DNA from: Scyliorhinus canicula
Taxonomy: Eukaryota
Assembly (NCBI RefSeq): GCF_902713615.1
Contig: NC_052154.1
Location: 39,171,017 to 39,235,016 of the forward strand
DNA length: 64,000 nt
Reading direction: 5' to 3'
Part shown: positions 11,473 through 24,608 of the stretch, one piece after another
Layout of the letters: each line of letters opens with the position of its first letter
How positions within the stretch are numbered: the first letter of the stretch is position 1
Position numbers and translations under genes: made by a program
The notes under the pieces: model-generated
What the model was told of the DNA's origin: nothing
The model's input: only the letters and a program-made list of their open reading frames with translations
Databases searched by the model: none

Positions 11473-13351
11473 TGTTATGTATTGTAGTATACGGTTGGCG
11501 TTGTCAAGAGACTTCAGACTTTGTTATGAACAAGAAGATGTTTATTAATAAAGAGTAGCTTGGTACAGGAGGTTTTGCAGCACTAGACTGCATTGGAGCA
11601 CAGATCCAAGTCCTTACATGCTTACTACATGACTGCTGGATATATTCTGCTTGAGAGAGGACTCCACCCTCTGGAGTGATCATTCTCGGTTCCCATTGGC
11701 CCCTCAAGTCAGGTGACCCTCTTCTGCTCTATTGTCTTAAAGAGAAAGTCACCGCAAACACGACATTCCTCATCTACTTTGTTTATACAGTCTTTAAAAT
11801 CGATTTACTCAAACCCCACATTCAAAGTAAACATTATACACACAAGTTAGACATTTTAAAATCGATGTAGCTATTGTTCAATGATGAAATCTTGAGGCTT
11901 GATTTGACATAACACTTCAACTCGTAGCCTTCAACTATGCACAATTCCTCAGTTCCGGGGGTAATTAATTGACACTATTATCCAGGCTTGCTGTTTTCAG
12001 AGTCCTAGTTTCTAGGCTATGCTGACCAAAGACTACATACTTCACTTTGCAGACGGTGTCACTCTCCAAACCTTCGTTGATCTATTTCTCTGTCATGTAC
12101 CTTACTTTACAATGCATGCAGGTCTCATCGTCACAATACAAAGCAGTCTTACATCTTGCCAAGTCATTCAGAAACTGTCTGTCACATGTGAAGGAATGGT
12201 AATGATACTCCGTTTCTGGTACTTAGGTTCCCCGACCTTTGGGAAAAGATGTTGACTATCTACCTTATCTATGTCCCTCATTATTTTATAGACATCCATA
12301 AGTTCACCCCTAAGCCTCCTACGCTCCAGGGAAGAAGTCCCATTCCCATTCTATCCAGCGTCTCCTTATTACTTAAACCAACGTGTGACCTCCACCTACA
12401 TGTCGCCACCGGAAGTCTCCCTTCTCGGAATTTCTTGTCCTTTGTCCCTTCTTGTGGCTGCTGCATTAAATGTGGTACATTAAATACATTACTGCTAGCA
12501 CCTTTTTTTTTAACTGCCACAGCTGCCATTTTCCAAACTTCAATTAAATATAGGTAGGCTGTGCCATCCAATTGATCCGCCTCGCCACTAGTATATTATG
12601 TATTATGGCACACTCCTAGCATTAACAAGACACTTCAGACTTTGTTTATTAATAAAAAGTCTTTGGCACAAAAGGTTTTGCAGTATTAAGCTGCCTTGGA
12701 CCTAATTTGAGCGGGATTCTCTGACTCCCTGCCGGGTCGGAGATTCCCCCCGGCAATTCTCCGGGCCCCAATGGGCCGAGCGACCGTCCGTTTTTGACCA
12801 GTCCCGCCGGCGTGGGTTACGCATGGTCCCACACGGCGGGACCTGGCAGGTAAGTCGGCTGGACAGTCCTCGGGGGCGGCGCGGGGAGATTCGACCCGGG
12901 GGGGGGGGGGGGGGAGATGACACCCCCATGGTGGCCTGGCCCGCGATCGGGTCCACCGATCAGCGGGCAAGCCTGTGTCGTGGGGGCACTCCTTCCTTCC
13001 ATTGTAGGGCTCCGCCATGGCCAGTGCGGAGAAGTGAACCCCATGCGTAGAACCACGCTGGCGGTTCCACGCATGCGCGAGATCAAGCCGGCCCTTCGGC
13101 ACATGCGCGAACTCGCGCAGTCCCTTCGGCGCCGACTATGGCGGAACCAACCCCTCCGGGGTGCTGTTGACACTGGAGTTGTTGGCACCCGTTCTCCCGC
13201 CGGTGTGGGGACTTAGGAAGAATCCCGCTGAACATCTTTACAACTTGGCTGCTAGATGTATTCTGCCTTAGAGGACTCGACCCTCTGGGGGTGATCACTC
13301 ACATGCGGTTCCCATTGGTCCCGCAAGTCAGCTGGCCCTCTTCTGCTGTAT
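11473..13351 (-). mobile_element. small non-autonomous LTR element (3' LTR 11473-11765; 5' LTR ~12595-13351 split by a MITE)
   Basis: Two diverged direct repeats (acttcagactttgtt...gaccctcttctgct); PPT-like AAAGTAGATGAGGAA before TG at 11765; PBS-like TGGCGAG near 12582-12588. Confidence 0.65.
12710..13229. mobile_element. GC-rich MITE (PIF/Harbinger-like TIRs)
   Basis: TIRs AGCGGGATTCT (12710-12720) / AGAATCCCGCT (13219-13229). Related ends at 29155, 57091 and 63786. Confidence 0.75.
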
Positions 13352-13441
13352 GAAACTCATGGAAGGCACCTGGAATTTTCAAAAGACAGGATAGAATTAT
13401 TAGGAAGTCTTATTAACTGTTTTCTACCAGCACCAGTATAC

Positions 13442-13525
13442 CTCATGTGCTTGCATTGCTGCATCCTTTTCCCGTAATCGGTCTTCATAGGCCAAAAGAA
13501 GGGGTGACAAGTACTTCGTATCTAC
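13442..13525 (-). CDS. CEP89: CEP89 coding exon (84 nt, VDTKYLSPLLLAYEDRLREKDAAMQAHE)
   Basis: ctctcag| ... |gtata. Contains the conserved CEP89 motif KYLSPLLLAYED. Confidence 0.96.
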
Positions 13526-14921
13526 CTGAGAGATAAATTATGTTTAATTTTACTATCAATTTTAAAAGGGCTTAGAATAAATAGTACTACACACTATAAT
13601 ACTGAAATATGTACAACAGAGGACATCTCAATTAAATTGCCTCTCCCAGGACTATGGCTACAGGTGGGGGTTTGTGAGTATGGTGTGGTTAAAGAAGTGT
13701 TTAGTCATGATGCCAAATCTTCATAGTGTAGGGCAGGATCGATGAACCATCTTGTCTTTTCCTGACCATTGATTTTGAACATTCATATTTCACATATATC
13801 AGTAAAGTACAAAGAGAACAAGCTACACACCAGTTTGAAGTGACTTTGAGCTGTTACAATCTCAGTCTAAAATAATGTATGAATATGCAAAGATTAACTG
13901 GTCCGGTTGCAAATTACAAGATTTAATATAAAGGAATGGTAAACATTAATTCAAGGGATAGAATTCCTCAATACTTTGGGAAAATGTGCATGCACTGCAG
14001 TCCAGAATTTGCACTTGAGTTAGACACTCGCAAATTAGACCCACTGTAACAGCCGGAGCATATTATGTATACAGAGCAATCTCTATGTGATGTGACCCCA
14101 CTGCTGGATACTGGTGACAATACAATATTATGGTTTTATAGAATTACCGTGTTAGGATTTGAATTGTGTTAGCAATCAGTTTACTAGACCGCTACTTTGC
14201 TTTCTTTGAGAAATGAAGGATCATATCTAGAATAATACTTCTGTACATACATCTAATCTTTTGTGTGCACAGGAGTATTATGAGGAAGAGAAGGTATTTA
14301 TTTACTGATAAATTGGTGTTAAAAGTACATTCAATAATACTTGGCAGGCTGAAAAGTGTGGCGCAGGTTACTTTATTATATGGGCAAAGTATAAAATTGG
14401 CAGTGGATTAATTATCTCCTTTTTACACTATCATCCAAGTCAAATTTCAAACCTAATAAGCAATTTTCAATACATACATAAAAAGTACATTTAAAAACTG
14501 AGGTATTACTACATGAACAATGGTTTCATCCTGGAAATGTTTTTGTACAATTTTATAGTTCTAGGCCTCTGGTCCTGGAATAATCATAATAGCAATACTC
14601 ATAATAATTTGAATAAGTTGAAACAGTGACTAGACAGTAGTAGCTTTCAATAGGACAGTGTTCATTAGTTTCATGATGAGAAATCAATTTATTGCACACT
14701 TGAAGGGAAAGGGAAATCTGCAACAGATTAGAATCTAGGCCATAGCTTTACATGGGAGCTCAGGGGAATGCATCAATTTTATGCTGCACACAACTTCCTG
14801 AAATTCTTAGAATTCTTTTTTGATTCTACAACATGGCCAAGGCTAAAAACACATTAACAAAATTTATAAATTGCATATGTCAAACTAAACTTGTTAAAAT
14901 CGTAAAATGTTATGTACTTAC

Positions 14922-14972
14922 GAGCCAGGGTGGTGGTGGTCCTGATGCTGGAATGCAAGAACTATGTAATTC
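14922..14972 (-). CDS. CEP89: CEP89 coding exon (51 nt, ELHSSCIPASGPPPPWL)
   Basis: tatttcag| ... |gtaag. Matches CEP89 GLPSKGPIPPWL; phase 0/0. Confidence 0.93.
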
Positions 14973-15557
14973 CTGAAATAAATGCAAGAATTAGTTATGC
15001 TCAGAGTACTAATTTATAGATTAGCAAGTCACCCAGGGTGGTGTCAACAGTACATGAGAAGATATATTGTTTTGAGAGAAAGTAGATCAGATGGAGCACT
15101 GGCTTATTGAAGCTGAGACAATGTGGCTTTGTTACTGACTTTGGAAGGCCTGCAGTTGTAATTAAGTGACCAGTAGAGAGTAGTTAGTTGTGACAGCTGT
15201 TAAAACTAGCAAGGAAAATATTCAGGTTTTTTGGTGATCGGCGATAACCTAAGTATAGTAGAGAAAGTAAATAATAGTGTTCAGTTAGGAGCAGATGATA
15301 GAAGTTGGGGAGGACTAAGGAAATGTAAATTCTGGGAAGGAAGAAGAGGTAGGGCAGAACAAGGAAAGAGGAAGGACAAGAGAGGATGGACAAAAGCTGG
15401 CGGGGAAGTCGAAAGCGGAGGTGAGGGCAGCGTAAGCAAGAGTGGAGGGGCGACAGCAAGAGGGAGGGTGAAAGTAGATGGAGTGGTTTGGGAAGTGGGA
15501 GAGAAGAGAAGAGGCATTCCGAGTCCCATTGCTTCAGATATACAGCTCACAAATGGC

Positions 15558-15653
15558 TTTTTATTCATTAGATGTGCGCATCGCAGGCTGGGCGAGCATT
15601 AATTGCCCATCCATAATTGTCCTTGAACTGAGTGGCTTGCTAGGCAATTTCAG
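15558..15653 (-). mobile_element. SINE 3' fragment joining the LINE-head motif to the LINE tail
   Basis: Reverse complement ctgaaattgcctagcaagccactcag (cf. 2252-2277) directly followed by caaggacaattatggatgggcaat...cacatc (cf. 28727-28781). Confidence 0.7.
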
Positions 15654-15689
15654 ATGGTGTTTAGGAGAGAAGAGTATTCCTCCCTAAAA

Positions 15690-16100
15690 ATCATCAGCAG
15701 ACCATATGGTGAAATTTGAGGAGGCTGTACCCAGTCTCCATGGGGGCGCTGGGACCAACCCGTCTCCAACCTCACATCCTTGTAGTGTGGTGCATGGTCT
15801 AAGATTACTATTGCAGAGTATTCTGCCCCCACTACCCTGGAAGAACTGACTTTCCCATAATGAAGAAGTCTATACGGGAATAGACTTTGTGGACATTGGA
15901 GAAGGAGAACTCCTTAACCCTTTTGTTAAATAGTATGGTCAGCCCCCTCGCCCTTGTGCCGAAGCACACCAGTATGCCTGTTCCACCTAACATTTCCTTA
16001 CCCTCAGTTGGTCCTTCTCTCTTAAGTGGTTGAAGAAAGACTATATCAGCCCTCAAGCATTTTAGATGGGCAAATACTTTGTCAAGACCCCTCAAGGTCT
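15690..16100 (-). mobile_element. L1 ORF2 endonuclease fragment
   Basis: FSFSNVHKVYSRIDFF and AEYSAIVILDHAPHY, homologous to the ORF2 at 31370. Confidence 0.8.
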
Positions 16101-17436
16101 TGTGTTTCAATCAAGTTGTGTCTAACTCTTCTAACTCCAGTGGGTACAAGCCTAGCCTTTCCAACCTTTACTCATAAGATAACCCGCTCATTCCAGGTAT
16201 TAGTCTAGTTAACCTTCTATGAACTGCATCCAATGCATTTGCATCCTTCCTTAAATAAAGAGACCAATACTCAGTACTCCAGATTTGGTCTCGCCAATGC
16301 CCTGTATAACTGAAGCATGATCTTCCTACTTTTGTATTTGATTCCCCTCGTAATAAATGATAACATACTTTAAGCTTCCCTAACTATTTGCGTTGTGTCT
16401 ACATACTGACCTTTTCTGATTCGTGCACTCAGGGCTCTGCAATCTCTCACCACTTAAAACACATGCTGCTTCATCCTACCAAATTGACAACTTTGCATTT
16501 TCCCATATCATACTCCATTTGTTAGATCTTTGCCATCTCACACACCTATCTAAAATCTTTTTATAGCCTTATGTCCTCTTCATAACTTACTTGCCTACCA
16601 ATCATTGTGTCATTGGCAAATTTAGCAACCATGCCGTCATTCCTGTTATAACCCGACCAGAGACATTGGGGTGTGTAACATCAATCCCCTTGGCCATACC
16701 AGAATGTAATCTCTCCAGATAAGATGGCAGAACTACACCCTGAAGCAAGGGTTCCATGAGACATAAATACCCTGGCCCAAGTGTCGACTGGGTGCGGGAG
16801 ACCCATTAGGGGGTAGGAGTTGTATCTAGTAGGCTAAATAAATAGAGTTTTTCTAACAGTCTTTGCTTCCATGTGGTTGCTCGCCTGGAACTTTACACTG
16901 GCAACGAGGGTGAAGTGGAGCCACGGGAGACGCCATTTCCTCCAGACCCAGCCCACCTTAACTAGGCCTCAAGAGGCTTCCCAATTGGCTGCAGGAATAC
17001 CACTCATTAAGAAATTGGAGACGTTCGACACCAAGACGAGTGACATGACAGGACCCAATATATTAAGCGGATGCATTATTTCTTTCGGCTTAACGCCATT
17101 GTGGCCGACAAAACGCAAACAGTGATCCTCCTCATTGCCTGCGGAACGGAAACTTATAACATCATCAAAAGTTTAACTTACCCAGCTTCACTCGATACCC
17201 TTTACTTTGCAGAATTGGTCGCGTTGGTGGGCAACCACTTTGATCTGAAACCGCCTCTTATTGCCCGCCGTTTTCATTTTCACACAGCAACACAGCACCA
17301 GGGAGTCAGTGGCTGACTTATTGGCCCGTTTGTGAAAACTCACCGAGTTTTGCGAATTCGGTCCAGCTTTACCCAAGTGGCTCAGAGACTGGCTAGTCTG
17401 TGGCAACCCAAGAAAACTTGTTTGAAGGCATTCGAC

Positions 17437-18005
17437 ATGGAACCTTAGTTAGGCCACACTTGGAGTATAGTGTTCAATTCTGGTCGTCACACTACCAGGA
17501 GGATGTGGAGGCTTTAGAGAGGGTGCAGAAGAGATTTACCAGGATGTTGCCTGGTATGGAGGGCTTTAGCTATGAGGAGAGGTTGAATAAACTTGGTTTG
17601 TTCTCACTGGAACGACAGAGGTTGAGGGGCAACCTGATAGAGGTCGACAAAATTATGAGGGGCATAGACAGAGTGGATAGTCAGAGGCTTTTTCCCAGGG
17701 TAGAGGGGTCAATTACTAGGGGGCATAGGTTGAAGCTGCGAGGGGCAAGATTTAGAGGAGATGTACGAGGCAAGTTTTTTACACAGAGGGTAGTGGGTGC
17801 CTGGAACTCGCTGCCCGAGGAGGTGGTGGAAGCAGGGACGATAGTGACGTTTAAGGGACATCTTGACAAATACATGAATAGGATGGGAATAGAGGGATAT
17901 GGACCCCGGAAGTGTAGAAGATTTTAGTTTAGACGGGCAGCATGGTCGGCACAAGCTTGGAGGGCCGAAGGGCCTGTTCCTGTGCTGTACTTTTCTTTGT
18001 TCTTT
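17437..18005 (+). mobile_element. young CR1 (HER1-like) 3' fragment inserted in the Gypsy
   Basis: Intact frame LVRPHLEYSVQFW...LERVQKRFTRM..FFTQRVV.AWNSLP plus tail. Confidence 0.9.
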
Positions 18006-19425
18006 GACATAGCCTTGACCAGGGGAGAGTGTAGGCGCAGAGCAACGGGTTCAGGACTTCGGGTCATGGCCATCCTAAGCCTAGGGCATTTGGTCTGACG
18101 CGGAGCATTGTGTGCCCCCTCCCCCCCCCTCCCCGGCTGCAGTTCAGGACTCCCACCACTGGGGGAGCCCGGACCAGTGTCAGCGCTTTCCCGACAAGCG
18201 AGAGGCGCAGGTGCCCCACAACACCGGAGACATCCAACCGGCTGTCGCGAGGATGCACTGGTACCTGGAGAAACAGACGGAGAAGTGCCAGCGGTAAAGC
18301 CCCTCCACCTGCCACGTCCGGGGAGGACCAGGTTGATGGCAACCAGCACCTCTACTGTATCTCCACGCCAAGTGTTGCACTTATTCAGGTCGCGGTCCGG
18401 ATAAATGATTTTCCCATCCAAACAGAGCTTGATACGGGGCCACGGTCTCGGTAGTCAGCCAACACACGTACAACAGTGTCCGCTCTGGCATCCACAGTAT
18501 GGTGTTGTGAGATACACTGTCGAGGTTGGCGACGTATACAAGGGAACTATTGGAAACTGCAGGCACCTCGGAGGCCCCTGTTGAGTGCTGTGCGCAAATC
18601 GCCAACCGACCAATCATTGCTGTAGTTCGAGGTTCGGTCACCAGCTTGCTGGGGCAGGATTGGCTGAAACACCTCCGACTGGATTGACAGGTGGGCTGCA
18701 TGTATCCTGATGGTCCAGATGAGGTGCTGGTGTTATTCCTAGGCATTTTTCAGGACTGATTGGGAATCATCCGAGGGGCCTCCACCAAGATCCTTGTGGA
18801 CGCTGAGGCCCAGCCACGATATTTTTGGACCTGCCCTGTCCCCGATGCATTCAAGCCTACGGTAGACATGGAGATGGACAGCCTGGAACAGCTGTGAATC
18901 ATCCACCCCGTACAGTTTGCGGATTGAGCTGCACCAGTAGTGCCGGTCATGAAGACTAATGGCTCTGTTTGTCTGTGCGGAGACTATAAAATTACGGTTC
19001 AACCTGTTTGGACCGTTATCCAGTGCCCACAATTGTACGCTAGGCTCAGTGGCAGGCGTACTTTCACCATGCGCGACATGTGCTATGCTTATTTACAGTT
19101 AGTCTTGGCCCTGGCTTCGCGGAAATAGGTGATTGTCAATACCCATCGGGGTCTTTATGAGTATACGAGGTTGTTTCTTGGAGTCTCCTCCACCTGTGCC
19201 ATTTTCCAGCGGGTGATGGAGAACATTCTCTGCGAACTGCTCCAAGTTGCGGTATACCTCAACAACATATTGACCACCGGATCCACCGACCATGACCATA
19301 TGAAGGATCTGGAGGACAGGCTACGTCAGTTCAAGGCTGCTGGAGTTCGGCTGCGAAGGGAAAAGTGTGTCTTTCACACCAAAGAGGTGACCAACATGGG
19401 TTACAATGTGGACCGAGATAGCTTA

Positions 19426-19923
19426 CATAAGAACTAGGAGCAGGAGTAGGCCATCTGGCCCCTCGAGCCTGCTCCCCCATTCAATGAGATCATGGCTGAT
19501 CTTTTGTGGACATAGCTCCACTTTCCCGCCCGAACACCATACCCTTAATCCCTTTATTCTTCAAAAAACTATCTATCTTTATCTGAAAAACATTTAATGA
19601 AGGAGCCTCTACTGCTTCACTGGGCAAGGAATTCCATAGATTCACAACCCTTTAGGTGAAGAAGTTCCTCCTAAACTCAGTCCTAAATCTACTTCCCCTT
19701 ATTTTGAGCCTATGCCCCCGAGTTCTGCTTTCACCCACCAGTGGAAACAACCTGCCCGTATCCATCCTATCTATTCCCTTCATAATTTTATATGTTTCTA
19801 TAAGATCCCCCCTCATCCTTCTAAATTCCAACGAGTACAGTCCCAGTCTAGTCGACCTCTCCTCGTAATCCAACCCTTCAGCTCTGGGATTAACCTAGTG
19901 AATCTCCTCTGCACACCCTCCAC
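19426..19923 (-). mobile_element. CR1 3' fragment inserted in the Gypsy
   Basis: ORF 19652-19873 LGLYSLEFRRMRGDLIETYKI and CR1 tail. Confidence 0.9.
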
Positions 19924-20507
19924 AGCAGAATGCCATCCAAGAAACTGAGCTATGCCACCTTCATGGTGAATGCACTCAGATCATCGAGGAGAGCGTGAAG
20001 TTGAGTCCCGTACAGTACTATGTGGCAGACCCATGGCCAACAGTGGATCTGTCTGGGTCCACGCCTTTACCTGGGCCGCAAAGAGTCCATGAAGTGCAAC
20101 GCTGCAATCATCTCATCTAAGGTTGCTGGTGTCGGCATGCTGGTGGGCAGTGGAAGTTGGCTGAGGGCGTCTGCGTGTGGGATATTAAGCTGTAGTTTCT
20201 AGCTTTCTGTCTTTCTCCTTTTTTGAATAAAGGAGTTACATTCACTATTTTCCAATTTAATGGAACCTTCCTTGAATTGGTAATTTTTGAAAACTAAAAC
20301 CAATGCATCAACTATTTCACCAGACAACATTTTAAGACCCCAGGATGAAGTCCATCAGGATTAGGACACTTGTCAGCCTGCATCTCAAACTATTTGCTGA
20401 GTACTAGTTTCCTGGTGATTGTAATTTTCACGAGTTTCTCCCACCCATCCATTTCCTGATTTAAAACTACTTCTAGGATGTTACTTGTATCCTCTATCAT
20501 GAGGACC

Positions 20508-21066
20508 AGTAGTTAGCACTGCTGCCTCACAGCGTAAGGGACCCGGGTTTAATTTTTAAAAAATAATTTAGAGTACCCAATTAATTTTTTCCAATTAATA
20601 GGCAATTTAGCATGTCCAATCCACCTACACTGCACATCTTTGGGTTGTGGGGACGAAACCCACACAGACACGGGGAGAATGTGCAAACTCCACACGGACA
20701 GTGGCCCAGAGCCGAGATCGAACCTGGGACCTCGGTGCCGTGAGACAGCAGGGCTAACCCACTGTGCCACCGTGCTACTGTCCAGGTTCAATTCTGACCT
20801 TGGGTGACTATCTATGTGGAGTTTGCACAATCTCCCCATGTTTGCGTGGATTTCCACCGGATGCACCAGTTTTCTCCCACAGTCCAAATGTTGCAGGTTA
20901 GGTGGATTAGCCACGCTAAATTGCCTTTTAGTGTCCAATGTTCAGGCAGTGTTACAGGGATAGGGCAGGTGAGAGGGCCCAGGTAAGGTGCTCTTTCGGA
21001 GAGGCAGTGCAGACCCAATGGGCTGAATGGCCTCCTTCTGCACTGTAGGGATTCAATGATTCTATG
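20508..21066 (+). mobile_element. HE1-type V-SINE (CR1 tail) interrupted by an antisense type-A V-SINE (20548-20776)
   Basis: Head gttagcactgctgcctcacag; tail aatggcctccttctgcactgtagggatt; internal inverted SINE. Confidence 0.8.
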
Positions 21067-21587
21067 AAAACACCTGTTCAATTCATCTGCTATCTACATA
21101 TTTTCTGTTTTTAATTCCCCAGACTTACTTTCAATAGGGCCAATGCTCAATTTGTTAACTTTTCATTTTAAAATATCTATATAAACTTACTCTCTCTTCA
21201 TATTTCTAGCTAGCTTACCCTCATACTCTAACTTTTCCCCCCTTATTATTATTTTAGTCTTTCTTTGCTGTTTTAAAAATATTTTATCCAATCTTTTGAC
21301 CTGCCACCCATTCTTGTGCAATTATACCCTTTTGATTAAGTTTGATACTTTAACTTTTTTAGTTGACCATGTATGGTAGGTCCTCCCCTTGAAAATTTTC
21401 TTTCTTGTGGGAATGTATTCTGTGTGTTCTGAAATATCATCTGAAATGTCTGTCACTACATTTCTATTGACCTATTCCGTAACCCAGACTTGTCCAACCT
21501 TTTTACTCGGGGGAACAAATTTTGCATTTTTTTCTCACTGAAGGGGTCAGACGAGCAAATTTAAGAACCGTAACATTTGGCACAATT

Positions 21588-21828
21588 TTTAAAAAACATT
21601 TTTTTAAACATAAATTTAGAGTACCCAATTATTTTTTTTCCAATTAAGGGGCAATTTAGCGTAGCCAATCCACCTAAACTGCACATCTTTGGGTTGTGGA
21701 GGTGAAACCCACACAGACATGGGGAGAATGTGCAAACTCCACACAGACAGTGACCCAGGTCCGGGATTCGAACCCGGGTCCTCGGTGCTGCAGTCCCAGT
21801 GCTATCCAACGCGCCACATGCCGCCCTC
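21588..21828 (-). mobile_element. type-A V-SINE with 14-bp TSD
   Basis: CATTTGGCACAATT at 21574-21587 and 21829-21842. Confidence 0.9.
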
Positions 21829-22309
21829 CATTTGGCACAATTAACTGAATTTCAAAAAATCGTTATATATTAAAGTAAAAGGTTGCTGAACAAAAGTAAA
21901 GCAAGGTCATTGCATTAATTTGATAAGTTAAAAAAGTTATTAAAACTGGCCATAATCCCAAAGTGAACCAAACTCCCAACTTCTCACTTGGTCTACATCT
22001 CACGCAGGCATAGTCTTGTTGCCACGCGCCCTTTTCTGAAGCCAAGTTGGAGCCAGGCTCCTCTGTGTTCTTAACAATGGCAGGAGGCTCTCTTGTAGGC
22101 CTGACAATTCACCAAGGAACTCTATGTGGATGCCCGTCAGTCTTCTTCTACATAGCATCCCACCAAAGTCCCGAGTACTCTGGAGAGTGTATTGCCCAGT
22201 CATCTTGTGTGCTTAAAGGGACTTTGTGTTAATAAGATCATTGTTGATTAAAGATGTACTTTATAATCCGTGTTAATCCTAAAACCTGAATGTAATTGTT
22301 AAGGGAGGG

Positions 22310-22345
<36 letters not shown>

Positions 22346-22477
22346 GGGGGATATTGTCATAATTTTTTCCAGGCGTAATAAAAGTCTTTTCCTTGTTAAA
22401 ACTAATTAGTGGTCCTCTGACTCTGTTCCTACATGTGCTATACATAAAAGTAAAAGCCACAATCTTTTGAGCCAGGT

Positions 22478-22812
22478 TTCATAAATTTCATAGAATTTAC
22501 AGTGCTGAAGGAGGCCATTAGGCCCATCGAGTCTGCACCGGCCCTTGGAAAGAGCACGCCACGCAAGCCTACACCTCCACCCTATCCCCGTAACCCACTT
22601 AACCTTTTTTTTGGATACTAAGGGCAATTTAGCATGGCCAATCCACCTAACCTGCACATCTTTGAAGGAAACCAGAGCACCTGGAGGAAACCCACACACA
22701 CACGGGGAGAACGTGCATACTCCGCACAGGCAGTGACCCAAGCCAGGAATCAAACCTGGGACCCTGGAGCTGTGAAGCAACTGCGCTAATCACTATGCTA
22801 CCGTGCTGCCCT
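22478..22812 (-). mobile_element. HE1-type V-SINE
   Basis: Full tRNA head, V-domain and CR1-derived tail on minus. Confidence 0.85.
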
Positions 22813-22862
22813 GCATGCTGGGATCTTCACGTCCAGTTATAACATCAACTGGGATCATAAAA

Positions 22863-23078
22863 GGTGGCGCAGTGGTGAGCACTGCTGCCTCACAGCTCCG
22901 AGGACCCTGGTTTGATCCTGGTCCCGGGTCTTTGTTCATGATGAGTTTACGCGCTCTCCCCGTGTCTGCGTAGGTCTCACCCCCACAACTCAAGGTGTGC
23001 AGGGTAGGTGGATTGGCCACGCCAAATTGCCCCTTACTTGGGAAAAGAAATTGGGCACTCAATTTATTTTTTTTTAAA
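22863..23078 (+). mobile_element. type-A V-SINE
   Basis: Head and V-domain ending ttgggcactcaattta. Confidence 0.8.
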
Positions 23079-24249
23079 ACTTGGATTGTAACAAGGTGCG
23101 TAGGACAGTAAATTTCTGGATATTACCAGCAATGCCAGTTGCTCTCTGTCACTGCCAGCCCAATAATTCACAGCATCATCCATTCCAAGTGGTTCAGTAG
23201 CTGCAGACATGCCTCTCCCCTCCCAGCCCAGTGTTAATGTAAGCCTACTTGTGACAATAAAGATTATTATTACTTTGCAATGTATCAGAGAACCTGGTAG
23301 CTCTCTCTCTAGCCTGCAGTTCGATGGGAATCTTAGTCCTTCTCTGGAACATTTTATGATATACGGTTTCACCAACTGCTGCTGTCTGAATGCACTTCCC
23401 CTTTAGGAGGTACAGGTTGCCTATGAATTGTGCAGTTAGCTAACCACATACACACCTGGGCTGCCTGCTAAATATGTAGCAGTCAGTAGTACATTTAGCG
23501 CTATGTCACATTCATTGGAGTTAGAAGGCAGCAAAGATAGGGGGGTTGCCTGCATTACATCAGTTGGGTACAGTTTAATAGCACATTGTGATCTTTGCAT
23601 CCTAAAACCGCCACTTCTTAAATTTTTAGCCCCAGGGTGCAGACCATTCTACTAACCATGCAGCAGTAGGAGATTCCCAATCCCAAAAAATAGCTCACAA
23701 CAATCCCTGTTTCATGATGCACTGGAGCACCTATCAGAAATTACAAGGACCTTCAGTATGAGAGAAGAATGGAAACTGAGGTTCAGGTTCTGAGTTGCTT
23801 AAGGCACTATTAAATCTTGCCCCTAGCAGAGAGAAGAGATACACTACGGGGCTTGTTTTGAACAATGTGGGGATACAGAGAAATCAGAGAAGAAGTGGGA
23901 TACAGAATTGAAGTGGGAGAGTTTAACAGCTGTACATGTAACAAAAATCATAACCTTAAGTCTGGTCAGTACTTCAAGTAGGCCCCATTGACTAGATTTT
24001 TAATACTTTAAGTTTATATATATATCAAACATATTCTTTGGAATATTTTAACATTAAAATGAAATTAATAGTTTTGTAAATACAAATGCATGTGTGCATG
24101 TTACAGTAGAATCCATAGTCTGAAAAGATAAATTAATCAACAGCCAAACAAGGAAAATAACGGAACAAAAGTTGCTTCACAATTAGTAGCAATTTCAAAT
24201 CCCAAAGCTCTGGCCTTGCATTGCCACCGTTAACTCCACAGTAATTCTA

Positions 24250-24442
24250 GGTTAGCTGTTAGCTGGACTTCTGATTTGTGATATAGAGCAATGCCAACAG
24301 CGCAGGTTCAATTCCCCTTTTGGCTGACCTTCTCAACCTTGCCCCTCACCTGAGGTGTGGTGACCCTCAGATAAAATCACCACTAGTCAGCTCTCAAAGG
24401 GGAGAACAGCCTGTGGTCCACAGGGACTGTGGAGGCATTTAA
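24250..24442 (+). mobile_element. distinct tRNA-derived SINE
   Basis: B-box ggttcaattcc and body accttgcccctcacctgaggtgtggtgaccctcag; family not assigned. Confidence 0.55.
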
Positions 24443-24608
24443 TCCTACTGAATTTAATGAGAACAGCTGTCAAAAAACAATATTTATAAAGTTAGACCTT
24501 TCTGGGTCCAGCTTTGTAATTCTAACAACTTTACTTTGAGGTTGTCTCTGGCTGCGTAAAGCCTACACATCAGAGGTAAGCAGCATTACTACTGTGCTGA
24601 GCCAATCT

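Larger units (their letters stand above)
16644..20190 (+). mobile_element. decayed Gypsy LTR retrotransposon (5' LTR 16644-16897, PBS, gag-pol remnants)
   Basis: TG..CA LTR then TGGCAACGAG PBS; gag (ARRFHFH), protease LDTG, RT (CLCGDYK, NTHRGLYEYTRL, YLNNIL). 3' LTR not found. Confidence 0.85.
16100..21470 (-). mobile_element. decayed CR1 LINE hosting a Gypsy and SINE insertions (pieces 16100-16643 and ~20215-21470)
   Basis: Reverse-complement CR1 motifs (RPNLEY, AKFANDT, PDGLHP-like). Confidence 0.7.

Noticed and set aside
12686-13298. Cluster of overlapping ORFs, CpG-island-like
   Set aside because: Lies within a TIR-bounded GC-rich MITE; stop codons are simply scarce.
17400-17927. 175-aa plus-strand ORF as a host gene
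   Set aside because: It is the CR1 RT C-terminus (PHLEYSVQFW) fused by chance to Gypsy sequence.
22305-22350. Very long G/C homopolymers (also ~41442, ~45286, ~49370)
   Set aside because: They belong to L1 sequence and their lengths are unreliable in assemblies; not an independent feature.
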